Below the pieces are notes generated by a model, which ran no database searches, was not told the DNA's origin, and saw only the letters and a program-made list of their open reading frames with translations. The position numbers were made by a program, and so were the translations under genes. This document shows, piece after piece, positions 20,626 through 31,415 of a stretch of 64,000 bases of DNA (position 1 is the stretch's first letter; every line of letters begins with the position of its first letter). Source of the DNA: Candidatus Aldehydirespiratoraceae bacterium (GTDB lineage Bacteria; Actinomycetota; Acidimicrobiia; Acidimicrobiales; Aldehydirespiratoraceae); NCBI GenBank assembly GCA_965208435.1, contig OZ242337.1, positions 384,998-448,997 of the forward strand. The letters run 5' to 3'.

Positions 20626-21912
20626 CTACAGCTCCGCGGCGAATTCGCGTGCGACCTCCAAAACGGTCACCGAACCCGCGACCACGATCAGGTCCTCGTC
20701 GTCGGCCTGATCAAGGACGAAATCCAAGGCTGTAGCGATGTCGGCAACGGCTTCAGCGCGTGCACCCAACGAGACTGCCGTTTCACACAGTGCCCTCGCC
20801 GCAACACCGCGGTGTGTGGGAGCCGTACAGGTGACCAACAGGTCGAAGTTGGCCGCGTCGAGGGCCCCGAGCACCTCCGCAGGATCTCGGCCGTCCTGGA
20901 TTCCGAAGACCAGGAATCGACGGTTGAGTCCACCGAAATCCTCCTCGAGCGACCTTGCCAGCGCCTGCGCTCCAGGCGGATTGTGGGCGGCATCGAGCAG
21001 CATCAACGGACTGCGGTGGACCACCTCGAGCCGGCCCGGCGCCTCCACGGAACCGAAGGCCTCCCCCAACACCTCTGAGCTGAGCGGTGCGTCGAAGAAC
21101 TCCTCGACCGCGCAGACAGCCAGCGCGGCGTTGTGTCCCTGATGGGCGCCATGCAGTCCGAGAAACACATCAGAATGCGTGGTTCGCGGCGTCTCAATGC
21201 TCAGTAGGCGACCGCCGACCGCCACCTCGTTGCTCAACAGGGCGGGCGTGACGATGGAGGCCGGTGACTGTGCGGCGACAATCTCCGTGAGCTCGGCGGT
21301 GTTCCCGCCGACGACGACACTTGAACCGGCCTTGACGATTCCGGCCTTCTCCTGCGCGACGCGACGCCACCAACCCGGCGCCCCGTCGGTGTGGTCACGC
21401 CCGACGTTGGTGATCACCGCGACCTGGCCATCGACCACGTTGGTCGCGTCGAACCGTCCCAACATTCCCACCTCAACCACCGCCACCTCGACCGCCTCGT
21501 TCGCGAAATGCGCGAACGCAGCCGCCGTCACCGTCTCAAACCAGCTCAACGGTTCAAGCTCAGCCGCCTCCACAAGGCGTGCGATGTCACCGACGGCCTG
21601 GCCGAACGTCGGCTGGTCGAGTTCGGCGGCCCCCACCCGGATCCGCTCGCACGGGGTGACCAGATGCGGACTCGTGTACAACCCGACCCGCAGTCCCATC
21701 GCGCCGAGCAGCGACTCGATCATCCGCGCGGTCGAGCCCTTGCCGTTGGTGCCGGTGATGTGGATGACTCCACAGGCGTGCTGAGGGTCGCCAAGGATCT
21801 CCATGACCTTGAGCATCTTGTCCAGCGACAGGCCCTTGATCGCTCCCGCACGCGGCTGAACCTCGTAGTTGATCAGCCGATCAAGATGGTCCAGCGCCTC
21901 TCGATAGTCCAA
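20626..21912 (-). CDS. folC: Bifunctional folylpolyglutamate synthase / dihydrofolate synthase
   Basis: 428 aa; HITGTNGKGSTARMIESLL P-loop and TSPHL motif. Confidence 0.9.
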   Translation of the reverse strand: MDYREALDHLDRLINYEVQPRAGAIKGLSLDKMLKVMEILGDPQHACGVIHITGTNGKGSTARMIESLLGAMGLRVGLYTSPHLVTPCERIRVGAAELDQPTFGQAVGDIARLVEAAELEPLSWFETVTAAAFAHFANEAVEVAVVEVGMLGRFDATNVVDGQVAVITNVGRDHTDGAPGWWRRVAQEKAGIVKAGSSVVVGGNTAELTEIVAAQSPASIVTPALLSNEVAVGGRLLSIETPRTTHSDVFLGLHGAHQGHNAALAVCAVEEFFDAPLSSEVLGEAFGSVEAPGRLEVVHRSPLMLLDAAHNPPGAQALARSLEEDFGGLNRRFLVFGIQDGRDPAEVLGALDAANFDLLVTCTAPTHRGVAARALCETAVSLGARAEAVADIATALDFVLDQADDEDLIVVAGSVTVLEVAREFAAEL

Positions 21913-21954
21913 GTCACCAGTCCCGTTGCCTGAGTATCAAACAGCTCGGTCCGC

Positions 21955-23208
21955 TCAGCTGGCGCGCAGGTCCTCGGCGCGGTCGAGCAGCACCGGCGGG
22001 ACCTTCTCGAGGACCGTGTCCTCGTCGATCACGACCTGGCCGACATCGTCACGACCGGGAAGGTCGTACATGACGTCGAGCAGAACCTCTTCGAGGATCG
22101 CGCGCAGCCCGCGTGCACCCGAGGACCGCTTGATCGCCTCCTCGGCGATCGCCAGAAGCGCTGACGGGGTGAACTCCAGGTCGACGTTCTCGAACTCAAA
22201 GATCTTCTGGTACTGCTTGACGAGGGCGTTGCGGGGCTCAGTGAGAATCTCCACGAGCGCGTCCACTTCGAGATGCCCCACCGAACCCTGCACGGGCAGG
22301 CGACCGATGAACTCAGGGATCAGACCGAACTTGACGAGGTCTTCGGGCAGTACCTCATCGAAGATCGCTCCGAGATCCTTGTCTTCGGGACGTCGGATAT
22401 CGGCGCCGAAGCCGACACCTCGAGTGCCGATCCGATTCTCGACGATCTTCTCGATGCCTGCGAACGCCCCTCCGCAGATGAACAGCACATTGGAGGTGTC
22501 GATCTGGATGAACTCCTGGTGGGGGTGCTTGCGTCCGCCCTGAGGCGGTACAGCTGCGGTCGTTCCTTCGAGAATCTTCAGCAGCGCCTGCTGGACCCCC
22601 TCGCCGGACACGTCGCGGGTGATCGACGGGTTCTCGCTCTTGCGCGCCACCTTGTCGATCTCGTCGATGTAGATGATCCCGGTCTCAGCCTTCTTGATGT
22701 CGTAGTCGGCTGCCTGGATCAGCTTCAACAGGATGTTCTCGACGTCCTCGCCGACGTATCCGGCCTCGGTGAGTGCGGTGGCATCGGCGATCGCGAAGGG
22801 CACGTTGAGCATCCGGGCCAGGGTCTGCGCCATGAGCGTCTTGCCGCACCCGGTCGGGCCGATCAGCAGGATGTTGGACTTCGACAGTTCAACCTCGGAG
22901 TCAAGCTGGGAGCCCAACTCCACCCGCTTGTAGTGGTTGTAGACGGCCACTGAGAGGATCCGCTTGGCATTGTCCTGGCCGACGACGTAATCGTCGAGGA
23001 ACTGGTAGATCTCCCGCGGCGAGGGCAGCACCCCCAGACTGTTCTCGGAACCCTCCGCCAACTCCTCTTTGATGATCTCGTTGCAGAGACCGATGCATTC
23101 GTCGCAGATGTAGACCCCAGGACCCGCAATGAGCTTCATGACCTGCTTTTGTGACTTCCCGCAGAAAGAGCACTTCAGCAGTTCTCCACCTTCGCCGAAT
23201 TTGGCCAC
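21955..23208 (-). CDS. clpX: ATP-dependent Clp protease ATP-binding subunit ClpX
   Basis: 417 aa; zinc-finger CSFCGKSQ...CDECI, Walker [13 protein letters not shown]. Confidence 0.97.
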   Translation of the reverse strand: MAKFGEGGELLKCSFCGKSQKQVMKLIAGPGVYICDECIGLCNEIIKEELAEGSENSLGVLPSPREIYQFLDDYVVGQDNAKRILSVAVYNHYKRVELGSQLDSEVELSKSNILLIGPTGCGKTLMAQTLARMLNVPFAIADATALTEAGYVGEDVENILLKLIQAADYDIKKAETGIIYIDEIDKVARKSENPSITRDVSGEGVQQALLKILEGTTAAVPPQGGRKHPHQEFIQIDTSNVLFICGGAFAGIEKIVENRIGTRGVGFGADIRRPEDKDLGAIFDEVLPEDLVKFGLIPEFIGRLPVQGSVGHLEVDALVEILTEPRNALVKQYQKIFEFENVDLEFTPSALLAIAEEAIKRSSGARGLRAILEEVLLDVMYDLPGRDDVGQVVIDEDTVLEKVPPVLLDRAEDLRAS

Positions 23209-23243
23209 TGGTTCCTTCCCTGCTTTCCGGATCTGGACGGGAT

Positions 23244-23885
23244 TCAGCCGACAACTGCGATCGCACCGCTGCTGTCAACAGTATTACGCGTCTCAATCAC
23301 CTCATCGATTATGCCGTACTCTTTGGCCGCAAGCGCGGTCATTACGAAGTCTCGGTCCGTGTCGGCCGCGATCTTCTCGACCGACTGACCGGTGTGTTGG
23401 GCCAGAACCTGCTCCAGTGAGACCTTCATCCGCTGGATCTCGGCGGCTATCAACTCGATGTCGCTGGCCTGTCCGCGGGCACCGGCGTAGGGCTGATGAA
23501 TGAGGATCCGCGCGTGCGGCAGGGCCAGGCGCTTGCCCGGTGCACCGGCCGCCAACAGGACCGCTGCGGCCGACGCTGCCTGACCGAAACAGATCGTGGT
23601 GATGTCGGGCTTGATGTAGCACATCGTGTCGTAGATCGCGAACAGGGCGTTGATGTCGCCGCCCGGCGAGTTGATGTACAGGTTGATGTCCTTGTCGGGA
23701 TTCTCCGACTCCAAGTGCAGCAGCTGGGCGCAGATCAGGTTTGCGATGGTGTCGTCGATCGGCGTGCCGATGAAGATGATGTTCTCCTTCAACAAGCGGC
23801 TGTACAGGTCGAAGGCCCGTTCTCCCCGGTTCGTCTGCTCCACGACGGTGGGAACGAGGTAGCTGCGAGGGTTGATGTCAGTCAT
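23244..23885 (-). CDS. clpP: ATP-dependent Clp protease proteolytic subunit
   Basis: 213 aa; [21 protein letters not shown] and [18 protein letters not shown] overlap with the tig stop. Confidence 0.97.
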   Translation of the reverse strand: MTDINPRSYLVPTVVEQTNRGERAFDLYSRLLKENIIFIGTPIDDTIANLICAQLLHLESENPDKDINLYINSPGGDINALFAIYDTMCYIKPDITTICFGQAASAAAVLLAAGAPGKRLALPHARILIHQPYAGARGQASDIELIAAEIQRMKVSLEQVLAQHTGQSVEKIAADTDRDFVMTALAAKEYGIIDEVIETRNTVDSSGAIAVVG

Positions 23886-25288
23886 TGGTCGTCTCCATCG
23901 TCTGTCGGTGCGTCGTCTGTGACTGGTTCGTCGGTGGCCTGTTCGTCCTGGTCGGTGGCTTCGGATGACTCTGCTCTAAGATCAACCGCAGCACCGGATT
24001 CGTCGACAAGTTCAACGTTGTCAAGAAGCCACTCTAGGGCCTTGGACTTAGCGAGATCGGCACGCAGCGACGAGAGTTGCCCCAATTCTCTGAGCCGCTC
24101 CAACTGCTCAGAGCCGTCGGCACCGACCCTCGCGGCCATTTCATCGATCGTCTCGGTGAGTGTGTCATCGTCGGGGTTGAGTCCCTCGGCCGCAGCGATC
24201 GCCCGCAGCGCCAGGTCGACCTTGACCGCGTTCTCAGCAGACCCCGCGAGCTCAGAGCGCAGCTGACCGATGTCCTGGCCCATCTGGGCGAAGTAGTCGT
24301 TCGGGTCGACTCCAGACTGCTGCAGATTCCCGAACAGTTCCTGAAGCCGACCATTGATCTCGTCGGTGACCATCACCTCAGGGACCTCCTCGGTCACCAG
24401 ATCAGCGAGCGCCTCGGCGATCTTCAGGTCAGCGGTGCGACGGGCCATCGACATCTTCATCGAAGCGAGACGTTCGCTGATGTCGGCACGCAGTTCATCG
24501 ACTGTCTCGAACTCGGTTGCTTCGGCGGCCCAGGAGTCGTCGAGTTCCGGCAGGACCGCTTCGCGCACATCCAAGACATCGATGACGAAGTTGAGGGGCT
24601 CGGGCTCGTCGGGGTCCGGATGGGCGGCTTCGAAGGTCACCTCATCACCGGCGACGGCGCCGCGGAGGTTCTCGTCGATCTCCGCCACTACGGCACCGGT
24701 GCCCACCTCGTAGTCGTAGTCGCCGGCTGACAAGCCGGGCAGTTCCTCACCGCCGTGGCTGCCGACGATGTCGATGCTGACCTGATCACCGTCGGTTGCA
24801 GGCCTGTCCACGGTCTGGAACACGGCATGCTCGGCTCGGAGCCGATCAATCTCGGAGTCGATGTCCTCATCTGTCGGGTCAGGGCTCGGGACCTCGATGC
24901 GCAGGCCGTTGTAGCCGGCCACTTCGATCACGGGTCGGATCTCGACTGTGGCGTCGAAGACCACCGCGCCCTCCTCCTGCCCGGCAACGATCTCGATGTC
25001 GGGCGAGTCGATCACGTCCACGTCGTGTTGGACCACAGCCTGCTGGTAGTAGCCGGGCAGTTCCTCACGGAGAGCCTCGGAGCGTCCGTACTGGTGCCCG
25101 AGCTGGACCTCGAGGATTCGACGCGGGACCTTGCCCTGTCGGAATCCTGGTATCCGAACCTGTTTGGAGATACGCCTGAACGCCTCGGAGACCGCTGTGT
25201 CGAACTCCTTCTCGTCAACCTCGACCGTCAACTTGACCTTGTTGTCGTCAAGGAACTCGATACTGCTCGTAGTGCCATTGTTGTTCAC
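23882..25288 (-). CDS. tig: Trigger factor
   Basis: 468 aa; [17 protein letters not shown] signature; acidic C-terminal tail. Confidence 0.95.
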   Translation of the reverse strand: MNNNGTTSSIEFLDDNKVKLTVEVDEKEFDTAVSEAFRRISKQVRIPGFRQGKVPRRILEVQLGHQYGRSEALREELPGYYQQAVVQHDVDVIDSPDIEIVAGQEEGAVVFDATVEIRPVIEVAGYNGLRIEVPSPDPTDEDIDSEIDRLRAEHAVFQTVDRPATDGDQVSIDIVGSHGGEELPGLSAGDYDYEVGTGAVVAEIDENLRGAVAGDEVTFEAAHPDPDEPEPLNFVIDVLDVREAVLPELDDSWAAEATEFETVDELRADISERLASMKMSMARRTADLKIAEALADLVTEEVPEVMVTDEINGRLQELFGNLQQSGVDPNDYFAQMGQDIGQLRSELAGSAENAVKVDLALRAIAAAEGLNPDDDTLTETIDEMAARVGADGSEQLERLRELGQLSSLRADLAKSKALEWLLDNVELVDESGAAVDLRAESSEATDQDEQATDEPVTDDAPTDDGDDQ

Positions 25289-25432
25289 CCGAAAGAGCCT
25301 AACGGCACGCGGGATCGACTCAATTGCCCGAGATCGCCGCCAACCGAGTTCAGGTGCGCATGGGCGCTTCGACGCCGAGACGGTTCAATTTCTACACAGG
25401 CCGCTAACCTCCCGTTAGCATCGAAAGGCGCC

Positions 25433-25507
25433 GCGGGTGTAGTTCAACGGCCAGAACCTCAGCCTTCCAAGCTGATGATGGGAGTTCGATTCTCCTCACC
25501 CGCTCCA
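25433..25507 (+). tRNA. tRNA-Gly (anticodon TCC), CCA encoded
   Basis: GCGGGTG acceptor pairs with CACCCGC. Anticodon loop is CTTCCAA, T-loop is TTCGATT, 3' end is TCCA. Confidence 0.9.
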
Positions 25508-25567
25508 TCCGACGCTCATCGGAGGTTCCGCGTTCAGGTCATTGCACGGTGGATCGAACTGGTGTGA

Positions 25568-25590
25568 CCGATTACGCAATCGGATTTTTG
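25568..25590 (+). terminator. Putative intrinsic terminator after tRNA-Gly
   Basis: CCGATT-ACGC-AATCGG hairpin followed by ATTTTTG. Confidence 0.5.
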
Positions 25591-25594
25591 GCCT

Positions 25595-25825
25595 CTAACC
25601 AGCGGTTGACGGATACAGATGCGCCATCGTGCCGGGTTCCACCCGACAGGTCTCAATGAAGTCGTCGACATCATCTCGCTTGAGCCGGATCACGCGACCG
25701 AACTTGTAAGCCGGTATCTGACCCTCGTCAATAAACCGGTACAGGGTTCTCGGCGTGATGCCCAACCGGTCTGAAGCTGCCGGGGTTGACAACCAAATCA
25801 CATCATCTGCAGGTTGCTCGGGCAT
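25595..25825 (-). CDS. Excisionase-family helix-turn-helix DNA-binding protein
   Basis: 76 aa; LSTPAASDRLGITPRTLYRFIDEGQIPAYKFGRVIRLKRDDVDDFI matches the excisionase/MerR-like HTH pattern. Strong SD GGGAGG upstream. Confidence 0.8.
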   Translation of the reverse strand: MPEQPADDVIWLSTPAASDRLGITPRTLYRFIDEGQIPAYKFGRVIRLKRDDVDDFIETCRVEPGTMAHLYPSTAG

Positions 25826-26056
25826 GCTGCCTCCCTTCAGAAGAAAAATTCCCCTGGTGATTTACGCTAATTTACAGGGTTTTTAGGCCGATCACATCAG
25901 TTGTGGGCCAACAACATCGAAATTAGCTGTGGAAGTCTGGATTTTCTGCTGTTACGGTCTCGCAGCGAGCCGGTCAGGAACGGGAACTGTCTGGTCGGCT
26001 CGGCGGGGCGGGCGCCACGACGGCGCACGCCAAGAGGCGGAGGAGTTCAGGCGGCG

Positions 26057-26878
26057 ATGACAGATCCAAGGACCGACGGCGTGGACGCGGCGGTACCGGA
26101 AACGGCGGGCGTTCAACGATCCATCATCTCGCGCCGCAGCCTTCCCAACGGACGAGCCCTGGTCGGGGCACTGCTGGTGACGGTCGCGGCGGTAGGAGCA
26201 TTCGTGTTCTCCACCAGAGGCGAGAGCGGGCCCGAGAACGAATACCTCGTACTGCTCAGAGACATCGACGCCGGCGGGTCGCTCGACGCCGCTGATGTGG
26301 CGTACGAACCGATGACGCTCAGCGAAGAACTGGCCGACATCGCCTTCTCCTCGACACGAAGCGGCACGACCGCTCTCGTCGACGGCGCGACAGCCCTGCG
26401 TTTCCTGCATGCAGGTGCGTTGCTGCTCGCTCCCGATCTGCGCGGCGCCAACCGGATCGGTGACGCAGACACGACCGAGATACACGAACTGACCCTGCCC
26501 GTGCCGGTGGACCGCACACCTGAGGTGCTTGCACGGGGCGACCGAGTCGCCGTCCTCGCCTACGACTCACGCAACGACGCAACCTGGACCGCAGTCGACG
26601 ATGGACTGGTTCTGGACTACAGCACGTCGCGCGACAGCATCGGTTCAAGCTCGCACGGCCGTCTCACGCTGGCTCTGAGTGATCCGCAGGGCGTCCTGCG
26701 CGGCGCGCATCTGTCATTCCTTGAGCTCACCGTGGTGCTGACGACGAGAGCTGCCGAAGACGAGTATCCCGAGCGCTACGGCGGTCCGGTTCGCGCCGAT
26801 CCGCTCGACGAGGGTGAATCCTCGGGTGCACCGCCCGACGACGCCGACGTCACTGACAGCGAGGAGTTCCTGCAATGA
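26057..26878 (+). CDS. Flp pilus assembly protein CpaB/RcpC-like (SAF domain)
   Basis: N-terminal TM helix (ALVGALLVTVAAVGAFVF) followed by a SAF-like region; first gene of the tad operon. Start chosen at ATG 26057 (MTDPRTDG) after GGAGG; the ORF-track start 25901 is less likely. Confidence 0.65.
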   Translation: MTDPRTDGVDAAVPETAGVQRSIISRRSLPNGRALVGALLVTVAAVGAFVFSTRGESGPENEYLVLLRDIDAGGSLDAADVAYEPMTLSEELADIAFSSTRSGTTALVDGATALRFLHAGALLLAPDLRGANRIGDADTTEIHELTLPVPVDRTPEVLARGDRVAVLAYDSRNDATWTAVDDGLVLDYSTSRDSIGSSSHGRLTLALSDPQGVLRGAHLSFLELTVVLTTRAAEDEYPERYGGPVRADPLDEGESSGAPPDDADVTDSEEFLQ

Positions 26879-28179
26879 GCGATGACCGCTGGGTTGTTCT
26901 CGGTCTCGGCCATCCCAGAGCCGAATGGTTCAGCAGACTGTCGCGATGGTCGACCGCTGCGGCCGTCCCGGTCGACTTCATCAAGTGCATCTCAAGAGAC
27001 GAGGTGCTGGCACGACTCAACGGTGGAAGGTCATACTCCGCGCTGCTCGTCGGCGGCGACGTCGTCGGGCTCGACCGCGACCTGGTCGACAGTGTCCGCG
27101 TCGTCGGTGCAACGGTCATCGTCGTGGGTGCCACCTTCGAACGGGACTGGAACGAACTCGGTGTGGCCACACACCTGCCCGAGGAGTTCGAGCGGTCGGA
27201 CCTGCTCGGCGCGCTCACCGACCACGCCGCGCCGATCGCGAACATCGCTGCGGTCGTCGGCGACTCCCCTGTCCCGGCGTCCTCGACGTGGCGCGGTCGA
27301 CTGATCGCCGTCACCGGGCCGGGAGGAGCCGGATCATCGGTTGTGGCTATGGCCGCGGGCCAGTCGTTCGCCAAGGATCCGAGCAACCACTCGATGGTGC
27401 TGCTGGCAGACCTGGCTCTCAACGCCGAACAGGGAATGCTGCACGACGCTCGCGAAGTGATCCCCGGAGTGCAGGAGTTCGTCGACGCGCACCGAGTCGG
27501 CAGAGTACCCATCGAAGTGATGCGATCACTCGTGTTCGAGGCCGTCGACCGCGGCTACCACCTGCTGCTCGGCCTGCGCCGCCATCGTGACTGGACGGCG
27601 ATCAGGCCTCGATCCTTCGAATCGGCCCTTGACGGGATGCTTCGCGCCTACCGCCTGGTCATAGCTGATATCGACCACGACTTTGAAGGTGAGCACGACA
27701 CTGGTTCGCGAGACATCGAGGACCGCAATCACATGGCCAGAACGGTCGCGGCCAGAGCCGACCTCGTTGTCGTCGTCGGCCTCGCCACCACCAAAGGAAT
27801 CCACTCGTTGACACGAACGATCCGTGAACTCGTCGCCATGAAGATCGAATCGGAACGGATCGTCGCGGTATTGAACCGAACCACTCGCAACCCCCGTCGC
27901 CAAATCGACGCTGCAGACGCCCTCGCTAGTCTGCTGGCGCGCGACGAGCGCGTCGGCGACATCGGCGACCCCATCTTCGTGAGCGAACGAGCCGATATCG
28001 AGGACGCCCTTCGTGACGGCGTTCGGCTGCCGAACAACGCAGGAAAGTCGTTGCACCGCCAACTCTCGAACCGACTCCTGGCACCGGTGGGCGAATGGAG
28101 CCCACAAGGCACTTCCGAGACCCCCGAACCGGTGCCGGTGACGCCCGGATCGCTCGGGCACTGGAGCGACCAGAGCTGA
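26875..28179 (+). CDS. CpaE/TadZ-like ParA/MinD-family protein with degenerate P-loop
   Basis: 434 aa; N-terminal receiver-like region, then LIAVTGPGGAGSSVVAMAAG where the MinD/CpaE Walker A normally sits (no Lys). ATGA overlap with the upstream gene. Confidence 0.7.
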   Translation: MSDDRWVVLGLGHPRAEWFSRLSRWSTAAAVPVDFIKCISRDEVLARLNGGRSYSALLVGGDVVGLDRDLVDSVRVVGATVIVVGATFERDWNELGVATHLPEEFERSDLLGALTDHAAPIANIAAVVGDSPVPASSTWRGRLIAVTGPGGAGSSVVAMAAGQSFAKDPSNHSMVLLADLALNAEQGMLHDAREVIPGVQEFVDAHRVGRVPIEVMRSLVFEAVDRGYHLLLGLRRHRDWTAIRPRSFESALDGMLRAYRLVIADIDHDFEGEHDTGSRDIEDRNHMARTVAARADLVVVVGLATTKGIHSLTRTIRELVAMKIESERIVAVLNRTTRNPRRQIDAADALASLLARDERVGDIGDPIFVSERADIEDALRDGVRLPNNAGKSLHRQLSNRLLAPVGEWSPQGTSETPEPVPVTPGSLGHWSDQS

Positions 28180-28181
28180 CT

Positions 28182-29492
28182 GTGACAACCATGACCATCA
28201 CCGACGACGTGACACCGCTAGCCGAGATCGAGACCAGGGTCAAAGAACGCGCCAAACATGAAGCCCTCGACCTCAACGCGGTCGAGAGCACCCAAGCGCT
28301 GTCAGTGCTGGTCGCAGATGAGATCCGTCATTGGAACGACGATCATCGCCGCGGCATCCGCCCGTATCCCCTCAGCTATCCCGAGATCGTCTCAGAACGG
28401 GCGCTCCGCAATCTGACCGGATACGGCCCCCTCGGTCCCCTGCTTGACGACGCCGACGTGTGGGAGATCATGATCAATGCACCCGACGCGATCTTCGTCA
28501 AGCGCCATCGAGGCACCAGCGGATACCACGACGAGGTGTTCCACAACGACGAACATGTGATCCGCACCCTCACCAAGGTGCTCGACGATGCATCCAGCGC
28601 GCACCGCAAGCTCGATCCCAGCGAGGGGCTGCAGGACGCGCAACTCGACAGCGGCGCCCGCCTGCACATCGTCCACGGCGACGTCGCCCGCGGCGGTCAC
28701 ATCATGGTCAATGTCCGCAAGTTCACCGGTATCGCCTTCCGCAACCTCGACGAGCTCGTGGGGCGGGAGATGCTCTCGGCTCCGGTGGCCGAATTCCTCC
28801 GCGGCTGCGTCGCGGCGAGGCAGACGATGGTGTTCGCGGGTGCTCCCGGAGCGGGCAAGACCACCATGCTCAACTGCTGCGTCGCGGAGCTCAATCCGTC
28901 GTTGAGGGTGGTGGTTGCCGAAGAGGTCTTCGAAGCGGACATACCCCTGCCCAACGTGGCCAGCATGCAGACTCGGGCGGCCCGCTCGGACCGGCCCGAG
29001 GTCGACCTCCGGCGCCTCGTTGCGGGGTTCCTGCGAATGGCCCCCGACGTGGCGATCGTCGGCGAGGTCCGCGACCGGGAGGCACTCCCCCTCCTGTTGA
29101 CGCTCTCATCAGGCGTCAAGGGCTACACCACGATCCATGCGGGGTCCGCCCGCCAGGCGCTGACGCGTCTCCGCTTCATCTGCCAGCTCGCAGACACCAG
29201 CAACGAGTTGCCGATGAGCGCGCTCAACAGCCTCGTGAGCGAGGCGATCGACGTCGTCGTCCACTGTGTCCGGACCCGCACCGGACCGCGGGTCGGCTCG
29301 ATAGTCGCGGTCGAGGACCTGGTGGGAACGGCCGACAGCACGGCCTTCACGACGACCGACGTCTTCGTCCGCGACAGTCTGGACAGCCCACTTCGCTGGT
29401 CGGGTCTGATACCGGCGCGTCTCGGACGGGCGTTCGCCGAGAACGGCCTGGACCTCCGCTGCACTCTGGACCCGGCGGGAGCCTCCAGATGA
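28182..29492 (+). CDS. tadA: Tad/Flp pilus secretion ATPase (CpaF/TadA family)
   Basis: Walker A GAPGAGKTTMLN, Walker B-like VVAEEVFE, IVGEVRDREA, TIHAGSARQAL. Start is GTG 28182 or ATG 28191. Confidence 0.9.
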   Translation: MTTMTITDDVTPLAEIETRVKERAKHEALDLNAVESTQALSVLVADEIRHWNDDHRRGIRPYPLSYPEIVSERALRNLTGYGPLGPLLDDADVWEIMINAPDAIFVKRHRGTSGYHDEVFHNDEHVIRTLTKVLDDASSAHRKLDPSEGLQDAQLDSGARLHIVHGDVARGGHIMVNVRKFTGIAFRNLDELVGREMLSAPVAEFLRGCVAARQTMVFAGAPGAGKTTMLNCCVAELNPSLRVVVAEEVFEADIPLPNVASMQTRAARSDRPEVDLRRLVAGFLRMAPDVAIVGEVRDREALPLLLTLSSGVKGYTTIHAGSARQALTRLRFICQLADTSNELPMSALNSLVSEAIDVVVHCVRTRTGPRVGSIVAVEDLVGTADSTAFTTTDVFVRDSLDSPLRWSGLIPARLGRAFAENGLDLRCTLDPAGASR

Positions 29493-30388
29493 TCCCGCTT
29501 CTGATCGCAGTCACCGCCGGATTCGGCGTGTTCTTGATGTACTCGGCACTGTCTCTGGGTTGGAGCGGACTGGGACTGGGACCCCGGGCCGGCTCGGCGT
29601 CTCGTTCCCAGCGGGGCGTCAGGACTTTCGATGTCGATGTCTGGCTGCAACAGGCCGGTCTAGAGGGCACCGACAAGCGGGAGTTCCTCGTCGTGGTCGC
29701 ATCGTTGTTCATTGTCGGCTTCCTGCTTGCCTACGCAGCCTTCGGGGGCGCGGTACCCGCCCTGGCCATAGGAGCGTTCGCAGCGTCGTTTCCGATTGCG
29801 TCGTATCGCTGGCGCCGAATCAACCGGCGCCAACGGGCACAGGAGGCATGGCCGCGCATGATCGAGGAGATCCGTCTCCAGACCTCGTCGCTGGGACGTT
29901 CAGTTCCCCAAGCGCTGTTCGAGGTCGGTCGGCGCGGCCCGGAGGAACTGCGGGGTGCATTCGAGGCTGCCCACCGCGAGTGGCTGCTCACGACCGACCT
30001 CGCCCGCACGATCACCGTGTTGAAGCACCACCTGGCCGACCCCACTGCTGACATGGCCTGCGAGACTCTTCTGTGCGCCCACGAACTCGGCGGCGCGGAT
30101 CTCGACGGGCGCCTCGAAGCGCTCGCAGAAGACCGCCAGTCCGATGTGCAGGGCCGCAAGGACGCCCACAGCCGGCAGGCGGGCGCCCGTTTCGCTCGTC
30201 TGTTCGTGTTCTTGGTACCGGCGGGGATGACTCTTGCCGGGATGTCGATCGGCAACGGCCGCGCCGCCTATCGCAGCAGCACCGGGCAGATCATCGTGAT
30301 GGTCGCCATCGCCATGGTCATCGCCTTCTGGATGTGGGCCGGGCGGGTGATGCGTCTCCCGGAGGCGCAGAGGGTCTTCAAGGACTGA
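29489..30388 (+). CDS. tadB: Type II secretion system F-family protein (TadB-like)
   Basis: Starts MIPLLIAVTAGFGVFLMYSAL with ATGA overlap onto the tadA stop; TM-cytoplasmic-TM architecture. The ORF-track entry 28460-30388 is only real from 29489. Confidence 0.8.
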   Translation: MIPLLIAVTAGFGVFLMYSALSLGWSGLGLGPRAGSASRSQRGVRTFDVDVWLQQAGLEGTDKREFLVVVASLFIVGFLLAYAAFGGAVPALAIGAFAASFPIASYRWRRINRRQRAQEAWPRMIEEIRLQTSSLGRSVPQALFEVGRRGPEELRGAFEAAHREWLLTTDLARTITVLKHHLADPTADMACETLLCAHELGGADLDGRLEALAEDRQSDVQGRKDAHSRQAGARFARLFVFLVPAGMTLAGMSIGNGRAAYRSSTGQIIVMVAIAMVIAFWMWAGRVMRLPEAQRVFKD

Positions 30389-30390
30389 TT

Positions 30391-31293
30391 GTGCGCGCAC
30401 TCGCGATCCTGTCGCTGTCGGCTTTCGTCGGTATGGCGCTGCTGCTGTCTGAGCGGCGCTGGATCAGCCGGCCGCGGATGACCGACCGGCTCAGCCCGTA
30501 TGCACCGGGGTTCGCCGCCAACGGGCGTCTCGGGCTGCTCTCGGTCGCTTCCTTCCGTGAGGTCATTGCTCCTTTGTCGCGGGCTGTCGGCGAACGGGTC
30601 GCTCGTGGTTTCGGGGTCAGCGAAGAACTCGGCATCCGGCTCCGTCGCATTCACTCACCTTGGGATGTGACAGCCTTCAGGGTCCGCCAACTCGGCTGGG
30701 CCGGCGCGGCCTTCGTGGTCGGAACCCTTGTCGCCGTGGGTCTCGGGGTGTCCACGCTGTTTGCGGTCCTGGGAGTCCTGGGAGCGCCGATACTCACATT
30801 CCTGCTCCTTGAACAGCAGGTGGCCGGAGCATCATCGGCGTGGCAGCGACGGTTGTCCCTGGAGCTGCCCGTGGTGGCTGAACAACTCGGGATGCTGCTG
30901 TCGGCCGGATGGTCTCTGGGCGCGGCTCTCAACAGGGTCGCGGAACGCGGCAGCGGCAACTGCTCCAAGGACCTCACCAGAGTGATTCAACGCATGCAGC
31001 AGGGCCTCACAGACGCAGAGGCTCTACAGGAGTGGAGCGATCTGGCCGGCGTCGAAGCGGTTGAGCGTCTCGTCTCGATTCTGGCCCTCAACCAGGAGAC
31101 CGCCGATCTCGGGCGGCTGATTTCAGAGGAGGCCCGCGCCATTCGCCGCGAGAACCAGCGTGAGCTGATCGAAGCCATCGAGAAGCGCACCCAGCAGGTC
31201 TGGATTCCGGTGACCGCGGCCACTCTGGTACCCGGCCTACTGCTGATGGGCATCCCGTTCTTGGACGCCCTCACCCTCTTCTCCGCCAATTGA
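30391..31293 (+). CDS. tadC: Type II secretion system F-family protein (TadC-like)
   Basis: GTG 30391, 2 nt after the tadB stop; VRALAILSLSAFVGMALLL...; C-terminal TM pair WIPVTAATLVPGLLLMGIPFL. Confidence 0.8.
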   Translation: MRALAILSLSAFVGMALLLSERRWISRPRMTDRLSPYAPGFAANGRLGLLSVASFREVIAPLSRAVGERVARGFGVSEELGIRLRRIHSPWDVTAFRVRQLGWAGAAFVVGTLVAVGLGVSTLFAVLGVLGAPILTFLLLEQQVAGASSAWQRRLSLELPVVAEQLGMLLSAGWSLGAALNRVAERGSGNCSKDLTRVIQRMQQGLTDAEALQEWSDLAGVEAVERLVSILALNQETADLGRLISEEARAIRRENQRELIEAIEKRTQQVWIPVTAATLVPGLLLMGIPFLDALTLFSAN

Positions 31294-31415
31294 ACGGCAC
31301 CGCTGCGGGCGTCTTGACCTCGTCGCAGCGGGTTTCTGATCTGGTCGACAGGACCGCTCACAGGTCCAAGCAGTCGAATTGCAACTCTTCAACCACTACT
31401 CAAGGAGAAACAACC

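Noticed and set aside
28460-29488. First 343 codons of the 642-aa ORF 28460-30388
   Set aside because: Out-of-frame overlap of tadA with Arg/Pro-rich nonsense. Only the part from ATG 29489 (MIPLLIAV..., TadB) is real.
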